A DNA stretch of 32,000 nucleotides, taken from the NCBI GenBank assembly GCA_030629105.1, contig DAOVPS010000008.1, positions 1 to 32,000 of the forward strand, written 5' to 3'. This DNA is from Candidatus Heimdallarchaeota archaeon. Lineage in GTDB: Archaea > Asgardarchaeota > Heimdallarchaeia > JABLTI01. Position 1 is the first letter of the stretch; every line of letters begins with the position of its first letter. The notes under the pieces were generated by a model. It was not told where the DNA came from. It saw nothing but the letters and a program-made list of their open reading frames with translations, and did no database searches. This document shows, piece by piece, positions 24,524-32,000 of this stretch. The translations under genes and the position numbers were made by a program.

Positions 24524-26113
24524 CTATTTGGATGATTTCTTAGTTGTAGATTTTGTTGATTTTGGTTTTTTCTCTGTTATAGTTTTACTCTTTTGTGTTT
24601 TTGGTGTTTTAGGTTTAGGTTTCGGTTCTTTCTTCTTAGGTTCTGATGGTTTTTCTTCTTTGGGACGCAATTGCTTTTCTAAAGCACCATTTAGATTTTC
24701 AATCAATAGCATTTCTGTTCCTTGTGGAACTCTTGCTCCTGCAGCAATATTGTGACCCCCACCTTCAGCTTCAGAACCTATAGACTCAACTGCTTCTCTT
24801 AATCCCAAACCGAGATCCAACCCTTGTTTTATTAGTTGTGCTGTTCCTCGACTGCTTACCTTTACAGTTCCATCCTCAGAAATAGCGATACCTACAAGTG
24901 GTTTTTTCTTATCAATAAACCTCTTACTTGAAATAGCAATTGAAGTTACTGTACCAATCATTGTATCATCTATGATATTCCTACCATCGAAAAGTATCAA
25001 GTTCGAGTACTCTTTCAAATGTTCACTATCTTTATTTATAATTTCAAGTGATTTGGAGATTTTAATACGATAAGCCTGCATTATTTCTTCTGCTTCTTGT
25101 AAAAGGAATTTTCTTTCTCCCATACAAATACCAATAGCAATTCCTGTCGCTTTTAATCTTCCACATGAATTTAGTAGGGAACCAAACTCTCTTGCATCTC
25201 TCAGAAGAGTTCCAGGTTGCTCATTAGGTAAATTGTAAACCCACCCTAAGATGCTTTGTGATTCTTGAGCTGTCATGCCCATTTTTAATCCATAGGTTAT
25301 TAACCCTTCAACTAGCATTCGTCGTTCGTCATCATTAAGATCTTGGATAGTTCTCCAAGTATCTCCTCTCTGTTGAGGTATACCAGTATCACGCATAAAC
25401 CGAATACACATATCTCCATCTCCAGTAAGACCCGGGAGAAACGGATCAGTCGTGTACTCAAGTGCTTGATAAATCGGTCGCGTTTCTCTTCCAAATAATC
25501 TGATATCTAATTTTGCTTCAAGAACACCAGCTTTAAGACCATCTTCAACAATTTTCTGATTTAATGAAATAAGTGAATTCTTCTCACCTTTATCTTGACG
25601 ATCGGCTAATGCACCGACAACAGCAATGCTTGCTGAATCAACATTCTTGGAATCCAGCTTTTTAGCAAAGAAATAGGAGAGTCCAGCACCACTAACTTGA
25701 TTCGCGCCATCATAATTAAACTCGAACGGATTCACATGAACTAATGATTCAAATTCAGGTTCTGCTAATACTGGATGGTGATCTAAAATTATAATTTCTT
25801 TGTTAGACAAGTACTTGTTAATGCCTTCTAATTGTCCTCCCCCTAAATCAGTAAATAAGAGCGTTTTTACATCCTTCAACATTGATAATTCACTTATAAT
25901 TGGTAATTCGAGTTGTCTAACGCATCTAATATGATAGGGAATATTTGCTCGATGAAGGGCTTTACCAATAATACCAGCAGAAGTAAGTCCATCCGCATCA
26001 ATATGACTCACACAAAATATAGTGTCTTTTGAGTCTTTGATAGAATCAACTGCTGCATCGATTCTGTTTTTAAATTCTTTGAAGTTTCCTTTAGTGCTTT
26101 TTGCAGATGACAT
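24524..26113 (-). CDS. recJ: RecJ/Cdc45-family DHH phosphoesterase (GAN-like) with a 47-aa Lys/Pro-rich C-terminal tail
   Basis: HIDADG, LDHHP (DHH) and GGGHNIAAG (DHHA1) motifs. ATG 26113 is preceded by GGTGGAG, so the track GTG at 26128 is probably too long. Confidence 0.85.
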   Translation of the reverse strand: MSSAKSTKGNFKEFKNRIDAAVDSIKDSKDTIFCVSHIDADGLTSAGIIGKALHRANIPYHIRCVRQLELPIISELSMLKDVKTLLFTDLGGGQLEGINKYLSNKEIIILDHHPVLAEPEFESLVHVNPFEFNYDGANQVSGAGLSYFFAKKLDSKNVDSASIAVVGALADRQDKGEKNSLISLNQKIVEDGLKAGVLEAKLDIRLFGRETRPIYQALEYTTDPFLPGLTGDGDMCIRFMRDTGIPQQRGDTWRTIQDLNDDERRMLVEGLITYGLKMGMTAQESQSILGWVYNLPNEQPGTLLRDAREFGSLLNSCGRLKATGIAIGICMGERKFLLQEAEEIMQAYRIKISKSLEIINKDSEHLKEYSNLILFDGRNIIDDTMIGTVTSIAISSKRFIDKKKPLVGIAISEDGTVKVSSRGTAQLIKQGLDLGLGLREAVESIGSEAEGGGHNIAAGARVPQGTEMLLIENLNGALEKQLRPKEEKPSEPKKKEPKPKPKTPKTQKSKTITEKKPKSTKSTTKKSSK

Positions 26114-26257
26114 TTCTCCACCACACAAGTCATTAGATTGAGCTACTTAATATCATTTTGTGTATTTTTACTTAAAAAGTTACTAAAATCTAAAAATTAA
26201 ATAAAAAGAAAGAAAAAAGATAATAGACACAATAATGTAGATTTTTCTATGTTTAGC

Positions 26258-26713
26258 TTATCTAATTATTGTGGCAGCAGTACTTGGTCTGTAATTGAAA
26301 GATTTTGGAATAATACCTTTCTTTTGATAGTATCTCATTAGTCGTCTGACTTTAGCTTCTATTTTCTCTAAACCATATCTTGAATGGAGATCTTTTGGAT
26401 GCCCATCTAGATGTCTTCTTAGAGCCATAGCTTTTCTAACCAAATTTCTAAAATCTTCTGGATATTCAGGATAAATTCCTTCTCTTTTCATAATTTCTGT
26501 TATCCTTTGCTTGATAACAAGCTTTGATGAAGGTATTCCATGACTATCTCTTAGAACAGTACCAATCATTGCTGAAGTTAAGCCTTGTTTTGCAAGGTCA
26601 ACAATTTTTGTTTCGATTTCTTCAGGTGTTTGTGTTATCCACTCAGGAATAGATGCATGAGGGGGTCTCTTAGAACCTGATTTACCTTTACGTCTTGTAT
26701 GCATTCTTGCCAT
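26258..26713 (-). CDS. rps15: 30S ribosomal protein S15 (uS15)
   Basis: MARMHTRRKGKSGSKRP N-terminus and HLDGHPKDLHSRYGLEKIEAKVRRLMRYY C-terminus. GGUGA SD 6 nt before ATG 26713. The track extension to 26755 is read-through of the leader. Confidence 0.9.
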   Translation of the reverse strand: MARMHTRRKGKSGSKRPPHASIPEWITQTPEEIETKIVDLAKQGLTSAMIGTVLRDSHGIPSSKLVIKQRITEIMKREGIYPEYPEDFRNLVRKAMALRRHLDGHPKDLHSRYGLEKIEAKVRRLMRYYQKKGIIPKSFNYRPSTAATIIR

Positions 26714-26729
26714 GTGTTTCACCAGTTGT

Positions 26730-26848
26730 CCTGATGTTTCGTATCTGAGCTCCATTCCTTTCCCCCTAAACGGACGGCGAATCCTTAGGAAAAAGTGACC
26801 CGATTACGAACAGACAGCATTTCAGCTATCTTACCATTATTCATCAGA
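26730..26848 (-). promoter_or_regulatory. GC-rich, hand-foldable ~120-nt RNA domain in the rps15 leader (or an independent small RNA)
   Basis: About 47% GC over 26751-26830 by my count, against about one-third for the window. Closing stem UCUGAUG/CAUCAGG (26848-26842 / 26736-26730), inner stem UGUCUG/CAGAUA, and a long hairpin around 26760-26805 with loop UUCGCCG. Confidence 0.3.
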
Positions 26849-26934
26849 ATATGGAAGTAATTGAAGAGTCAAAACTTCTGTTATTAAATATTGCTATGGA
26901 GTGTCTAAATGCTATGAAGATTAAAGTGAAAAAA

Positions 26935-27840
26935 CTATTTTTTGAAAAGACCCTTCCTTGGTTCGAATTTAAAAATAACTTTTGCTTTGCCACCGATTTT
27001 GACTGATTTGATCTCATCTTCTGTTCCTTTTATTACCACTTCGATTGTACTTGGTCGTTCTAAGGATTCTCCTTGTTCAATTATTAGGGTGCCTGGTTGA
27101 GCAAAACCTCTTTTGACAAGATAAGCTCCTAAAGCACCATTCGCTAAACCTGAGACAACAGTTTCAGGGGAACCTCGTATCGGTTCAAACTGTCTGGTAT
27201 AACTAGTGGAACCATCTAAATATGTGTCGAAAGTATAGAGGTGAATACCAGAAACTTTCATTCTTCTACAGAGACGTTCAACTTCCTCGTATTTAGGTAC
27301 TAATGCATCAGTCATTTCTTTACTGGAAATTAGAATCAGTAATTTTGGACTCCCAGTATCAGCTATTATGAGAGGAAGTTTCTCATCGGATTCTATCTTA
27401 TCAGTTCGTATTCCTAAAATATCTGCAAGAGCTTGTATATTTAATTCGACATCTCTAAATTGAGGTTTCTTTAGAGTCATGTAAACTTTGTCTAGAACGT
27501 CATCTTTCCATCGGATCTCTGTTTTAAACGTACCTTCTTTTGTTTCCACTTTTATAGAAGCCTTTGAGTTTTTAGGAACAATTTCTCCAATATCAGCAAG
27601 AAGCCATAATGCAGCAATTGTTGCATGCCCGCTAAGAGGGACCTCTTTTTTAGGAGTGAAGAATTCTATCTTAAAATCTGCTTTTAGACTATCAGATACA
27701 AAAGCAGTAACTGAAAGATTCATCTCTCTTGCAATAGATTCACGTATTTCTGTTGGGAATTCATCTTTCTTATCTAGGATAATTGCAGTTGGATTTCCTA
27801 GGAATGGTTGACTACTAAATGCATCTACTTGATAAAACAA
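26935..27840 (-). CDS. PhzF-family isomerase/epimerase-like protein
   Basis: FYQVDAFSSQPFLGNPTAII N-terminus, SGHATIAA, and about 300 aa. TTG start. Confidence 0.8.
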   Translation of the reverse strand: MFYQVDAFSSQPFLGNPTAIILDKKDEFPTEIRESIAREMNLSVTAFVSDSLKADFKIEFFTPKKEVPLSGHATIAALWLLADIGEIVPKNSKASIKVETKEGTFKTEIRWKDDVLDKVYMTLKKPQFRDVELNIQALADILGIRTDKIESDEKLPLIIADTGSPKLLILISSKEMTDALVPKYEEVERLCRRMKVSGIHLYTFDTYLDGSTSYTRQFEPIRGSPETVVSGLANGALGAYLVKRGFAQPGTLIIEQGESLERPSTIEVVIKGTEDEIKSVKIGGKAKVIFKFEPRKGLFKK

Positions 27841-28076
27841 ACCTATAGATCTCCTGTATTTTTATTCGTTATTAGATTGGTCTGAACTTAAATTCCTTCT
27901 TTTTTTGAGCATATAAAACTTTTCTTGCTGATAAATCAATGTCTCTTATTGGGAAAAACTTTGATAAGCTAAGAAAATAATTTGAAGAAGAATTAAGAAT
28001 CCTTATTAAAAGAAAACCATTAACAATAAATATTCGAAAATTATACTCACATCTATGGTATCTCGAGGTTAAATCC

Positions 28077-28964
28077 TTGTCAAAGAGAGAAAAAGAAAAG
28101 AAAGCAATAAAAGATGATACTTCTGAATTAGAAGAGAAGGAGAAAGGTAAAGAAATTAAGAAAAAAGAGAAGATTGAGCCAAAAAAAGAAAAGAAGAGAA
28201 AAAGTCGAAGAAAGGCAAGGAAAGAAAAAGCAGATTCAGAAAAAATTGCTGAAATCGAAAACAATGCTTACAATTTATTATTTGATGATGTTAATCTGTT
28301 CCTACATGAGCTTCAGCACATGAGTCTGAATGCTCTACGACAAAGATTAATTCTAATAGATGGAAAGATGCTCTGGTTGGAAAAGATTAGCGAAATTGAT
28401 CTTCTAGATGAGGAAGGTTCTGATGATATCATTGATATGGAAATGGAAATGCTGGAGATGGGGTTAGATTTGGAGACAGCTGATGAAATGAAAGCAGCAT
28501 ATGAACCAGAGATAAAGGACTTCAATCTTTCAGCCTTCAAAGCGCAAATTGAAGAAGAGAAAACTATGGGTGAGAGTATAAAGGATATTGTCAAAGAAAT
28601 TGAAATGGGTGATTTAGAGAAACCCATTGATGAACTCATAACCAAATTTATTCTGTATGATCTAAGAGCTCAAATGGAACGAGCAATAAATGAAGTCTTC
28701 AAAATTGAAGGAAAAATAAAGAAACTCAAAAAACAAGAAGGAAAAGAGAAAGAAATTAAAGCTCTAGAAGCAAATCAGAAACATGCTGCGAAATCGCATC
28801 TCAAAGAAGTACTTGACAAGATTAAGAAAGAAAAGCCAAAAATGATTCTATCAAAAGAGTTCATTACAGAATTCAAACAATTAACAAATAAGAAGATTGG
28901 AGCTTTAAAAGCTAGAGAAGAGAAGGAATTTGAACAAATGGTAGACGACCTACTAAAGGAATGA
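28077..28964 (+). CDS. Highly charged Lys/Glu-rich coiled-coil hypothetical protein
   Basis: ORF with ~55-aa KE-rich N-terminus and long acidic/basic helical segments. TTG start; the true start is uncertain. Confidence 0.55.
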   Translation: MSKREKEKKAIKDDTSELEEKEKGKEIKKKEKIEPKKEKKRKSRRKARKEKADSEKIAEIENNAYNLLFDDVNLFLHELQHMSLNALRQRLILIDGKMLWLEKISEIDLLDEEGSDDIIDMEMEMLEMGLDLETADEMKAAYEPEIKDFNLSAFKAQIEEEKTMGESIKDIVKEIEMGDLEKPIDELITKFILYDLRAQMERAINEVFKIEGKIKKLKKQEGKEKEIKALEANQKHAAKSHLKEVLDKIKKEKPKMILSKEFITEFKQLTNKKIGALKAREEKEFEQMVDDLLKE

Positions 28965-28986
28965 TGAATTTAAAAAGGTGAATTTG

Positions 28987-29274
28987 ATGGAAGAAGTAGA
29001 ATTAACCGGTGTTGTTTCAAAAAAATTTAATGAGTTTATTTTGACTACAGAAGAAGGCAAAGAATACAAACTCTTTGCTATTAATCCTTGGGAGTCTGTG
29101 CCAACTAATTTTGATACTGCAAAATTCGAGCAGTTCGTTGGTGAAACAGTCAAAGTTAGTGGAAGACTTTCTGGAAGTGAAATATGGAATGCTTTAGTTC
29201 ATTGCTCAGATGAAGCAGATACAAAAGCTCCAAGCTTGGATGATCTGATAATCGATAAAAAAGAAAAAGAATGA
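28987..29274 (+). CDS. Small beta-rich hypothetical protein (95 aa)
   Basis: AAGGTGA SD 6 nt before ATG 28987. Begins 22 nt after the upstream stop, so likely co-transcribed. Confidence 0.5.
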   Translation: MEEVELTGVVSKKFNEFILTTEEGKEYKLFAINPWESVPTNFDTAKFEQFVGETVKVSGRLSGSEIWNALVHCSDEADTKAPSLDDLIIDKKEKE

Positions 29275-29277
29275 ATA

Positions 29278-29296
29278 AGCGATGAATTTCATCGCT
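29278..29296. terminator. Perfect 9+1+9 palindrome AGCGATGAAtTTCATCGCT between convergent genes (candidate bidirectional terminator hairpin)
   Basis: Sits in the 27-nt gap between stop 29274 (+) and the gcvT stop 29302 (-). On the minus transcript it is followed by a U-rich run. Confidence 0.45.
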
Positions 29297-29301
29297 AAAA
29301 T

Positions 29302-30486
29302 TTACTGTTCTCTTCTACGACCGTATTTAGTAGTGTCAAAGAAAGGATACTTCACTACTTTTGCTGGATATGGTTTATCTCTAATAATAATAGTGAATTC
29401 TGTATCGAGTGCTGTATATGCTAAAGGTAGAATAGCCATAGCAATACCCTTTCCTGTTAGAGGTGAAATACTTCCACTTGCTACTTCACCGATTTCTTTT
29501 CCTTCGGAATGAATTTTGTAGCCATGTCTTGGTATTCCTTTCTTCAAAAGTTCTATACCAACTCTTTTCCTAGTCATTTCCTTTAAGGTTAACTTCTTTT
29601 CTTCATTCAATGTAGGATACTTGGCTTTGAGTGCTTCTTGTCCGATGAAGAATTCTTTGTTCATATCAATGAATATTCCTTGAAAACCTAAGTCCATTTC
29701 AAATGGATCATACTCAGGAGTGAAATCTTGACCAGACAAAGGTAAGCCGCCACCAAGTCGTAAAGTATCTCGAGCACCTAAACCGCAAGGTAATAAACCA
29801 AATGGTTCTCCTACTTTCAGAATAGCTTTCCAGAGCTTGGTTGCTTTCTCAGCAATGGTATCTTTGGTTCCAACGATTGTAATTTCAAACCCGTCCTCTC
29901 CTGTATATCCTGTTCTGGAAGCCATGACGTCAATACCATCTAGCTGAGTTTCAAAGTATCCCCAACTTCTCGGGATTTCAATATCAGTCATTATTTCCAA
30001 AATTTTCACACCTTTTGGGCCTTGAAGAGCAAACATAGCGGAATCTAAAGTGAAATCATAATAACTAATATCTAAATTTGGATTCTTTTGTTTCTCACCA
30101 TCTATGAATTTAATCATCCAATTCCAATCATTGATTCGTGGACCGGCATTACAAACGAAAATAGCATAATCTTCACTTTTTCGCATGGTAACACAATCAT
30201 CAATCATTCCTCCATTCTCATCGAGAAGATAACTGTACCCACAGCGACCATCTGCTAATTTCATAAGATTTCGTGGTAGAATTTTATTCAACATTGGAAA
30301 AGCATCTTTCCCTGTAAAACGGAAGCGACCCATGTGACTTACATCGAAAATTCCTGCGTTCTCTCTTACAGCCATATGCTCCTTTCTTATAGAAGTAAAT
30401 TGCATTGGTAGTTCCCAACCACCAAATGAAGCCATATCACCATTTTCTTTATGCCATTCATAGATCGGAGTTCTCATATCTGTCAT
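29302..30486 (-). CDS. gcvT: Glycine cleavage system aminomethyltransferase (T protein)
   Basis: RTPIYEWHKENG...FGGWELPMQF...EHMAVRENAGIFDVSHMGRF and a GYTGEDGFE block. Confidence 0.9.
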   Translation of the reverse strand: MTDMRTPIYEWHKENGDMASFGGWELPMQFTSIRKEHMAVRENAGIFDVSHMGRFRFTGKDAFPMLNKILPRNLMKLADGRCGYSYLLDENGGMIDDCVTMRKSEDYAIFVCNAGPRINDWNWMIKFIDGEKQKNPNLDISYYDFTLDSAMFALQGPKGVKILEIMTDIEIPRSWGYFETQLDGIDVMASRTGYTGEDGFEITIVGTKDTIAEKATKLWKAILKVGEPFGLLPCGLGARDTLRLGGGLPLSGQDFTPEYDPFEMDLGFQGIFIDMNKEFFIGQEALKAKYPTLNEEKKLTLKEMTRKRVGIELLKKGIPRHGYKIHSEGKEIGEVASGSISPLTGKGIAMAILPLAYTALDTEFTIIIRDKPYPAKVVKYPFFDTTKYGRRREQ

Positions 30487-30647
30487 TAAAACATCCTCTG
30501 AAACTTTTAATTTTCTTTATTATTTTTATTTCTGAAATCACAATTCGCTAGTCCTTTAAAAATTTTAAGGGAAAATCTAGATTGGTAGCTATATACAAAA
30601 ACTAACTCGCAACTAACATAATAGTAAGATTATTGAGGTCAAAACTT

Positions 30648-32000
30648 TGGCTAAGAGAAAATCTTTCACTGTTTTATTTGGTTTCATTTTTTCTTTGCAG
30701 TTAATTCTCACCTTATCATTCAACAGTATTAACACAACAGTAAATTCAGAATTATATTCTGCAAACAACAACCCATTTATCGGGTCATTTTCTGAGGATA
30801 TTTTATTATCAACAAGTGATTTACATTTTGCTCATCATGTTGAACCAACAATTGCTATAGGTCCTGATGATCAGATCTTTGCTGGTTGGAAAGATGCAGA
30901 TGGGCATAACACGGGTGGTCTTAGAGTCTCATTTACAAAATCCTTAGATAATGGGGAAACTTGGTCGACTTTTAATTATATGTCATATTATGCTGGATTT
31001 CTTACTGGACAATCAGATCCATGGTTGGTTTATGCTGATGGTTATTTGTACTATGCATATCTAGAATATAGCAGATCAACAACACCGCTTTCTCATATTA
31101 CCGTGGCAACTAGTGCTGATTTTGGGGATACATGGAACAGAGTTAATGCCACCGGTGGTGTGGACTTCGCTGATAAAGAAACAATGACAGTTGATTCTGA
31201 TGGAAATATCTACGTGGCTTATGATGACATAGTTTTAGCGAACGGTACAACATATATGCGATTAACTAGATCCACAGACCATGGACAATCATTTGATGAG
31301 ATATGTCTTATTGCAGATAGTGTTTCAGATCCCATTGATCACTTAGGTCCTTATGTTACAACTGATAGTCAAAATGATGTGTATGTGGCTTGGTTGTGGT
31401 GGACTTTGGATGCAATCTGGGGTGATGTTTATGTAACAAAATCTATAGATCAAGGTTTAACATTTTCAACCCCTGTAGATATTAATGCAGAATCAGAGAA
31501 TGGAACTTTCACGGTATCATTAGATGGACGACCTATGAAAGGAACTCTGCCTGTTATCAGATTTGACAGTAATGATAGATTATATTGCCTTTGGGCTGAA
31601 TTAATTGATGCTGATCAGTCGTGGGGTACTTTTCTAAGATATTCTGATGACTATGGACTTAACTTGAGTGATCGTTATACAATAAATCAAGTTGTTGATG
31701 GAAATCAATGGCAACCAGACATGGATATTGATTCACAGAATAGATTGCATTTTGCCTATTATGATCAACAAGGAGACTTTTTCAAACCGTATTATCGTAT
31801 GGGTTATTTTAGTGATTCACTAACAACAACTTTGACAATAACAGATGCTTTACCCATAACCGATGAATCAACAAACGCTATCTTTACCAGACCCGGAGAT
31901 TACTTCATGATTCGAGTAGATTCAAAAGACATCCCACATGTTGTTTGGTCTGATGGAAGAAATAATGAAATGGACATCTATTATAGTCATGGTATTGTTC
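30648..32000 (+). CDS. Secreted BNR/Asp-box repeat (sialidase-superfamily beta-propeller) protein, 3'-truncated by the window
   Basis: TTG 30648 with GAGGT 8 nt upstream. Signal-peptide-like KRKSFTVLFGFIFSLQLILTLS. Asp-boxes SLDNGETW, SADFGDTW, STDHGQSF, SIDQGLTF. The frame is open to position 32000. Absent from the ORF track because no stop is reached. Confidence 0.75.

Noticed and set aside
26714-26755. N-terminal extension of rps15 (MELRYETSGQLVKH) given by the track
   Set aside because: The conserved S15 N-terminus begins at MARMHTRRKG, and a GGUGA SD precedes that ATG. The extension is read-through of the structured leader.
26751-26830. tRNA gene in the GC-rich patch upstream of rps15
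   Set aside because: The UUCGCCG loop superficially resembles a T-loop. However, no 7-bp acceptor stem, D-arm or anticodon arm can be built on either strand at tRNA spacing.
26822-26850. Canonical dual-guide box C/D sRNA (CUGAUGA ... CUGA)
   Set aside because: Only one C-like and one D-like box are present, 15 nt apart. There are no C'/D' boxes and no second guide at the standard ~12-nt spacing. It is kept only as a possible K-turn inside the leader finding.
27872-28264. 130-aa minus-strand ORF (and 28313-28645, 28953-29153)
   Set aside because: These are antisense shadows of the KE-rich coding region. Their S/F/L-rich low-complexity translation is the complement of GAA/AAG repeats.
1-32000. 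CRISPR arrays, rRNA genes, tRNA genes, insertion sequences
   Set aside because: I scanned for regularly spaced direct repeats, GC-rich tRNA-like blocks and terminal inverted repeats with transposase ORFs and found none. The only repeats are the paralog array and the short coding repeats in the S3Ae tail.

Overview
AT-rich (about one-third G+C by eye), densely coded archaeal chromosomal segment. Archaeal identity rests on gene content: class I lysyl-tRNA synthetase, tRNA-splicing endonuclease EndA, TYW1/Taw1, a Trm5-family methyltransferase, GPN-loop GTPase, ribosomal proteins S3Ae and S15, a RecJ/Cdc45 (GAN-type) DHH phosphoesterase, a Pcc1-like protein, and an RNase P RNA (1925-2255, minus) that the ORF track shows only as a spurious ORF. 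Lineage cannot be fixed without a search. Low GC plus longin-like, GPN and low-complexity-tailed proteins would fit an Asgard (Loki-type) genome, but that is a guess. Between lysS (ends 13521) and an arginase-family gene (22160) lies an ~8.5 kb block with no recognisable enzyme, made almost entirely of membrane, secreted or unknown proteins. The main observations are: (1) a minus-strand tandem array of five zinc-ribbon/two-TM (DUF4190-like) units, three intact, one with an in-frame TAG and one a C-terminal remnant, with mosaic near-identity suggesting gene conversion; (2) two unrelated genes each interrupted by exactly one in-frame TAG, one at a Gln conserved in the paralogs and one splitting a signal-peptide protein from its C-terminal anchor; (3) a longin-like domain fused to a winged helix; (4) a GC-rich, hand-foldable ~120-nt domain just 5' of the rps15 SD/AUG; (5) K/P/E-rich tails on S3Ae and RecJ. 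I saw no CRISPR array, transposase, integrase, tRNA or rRNA. All domain calls are by-eye motif recognition, not searches.
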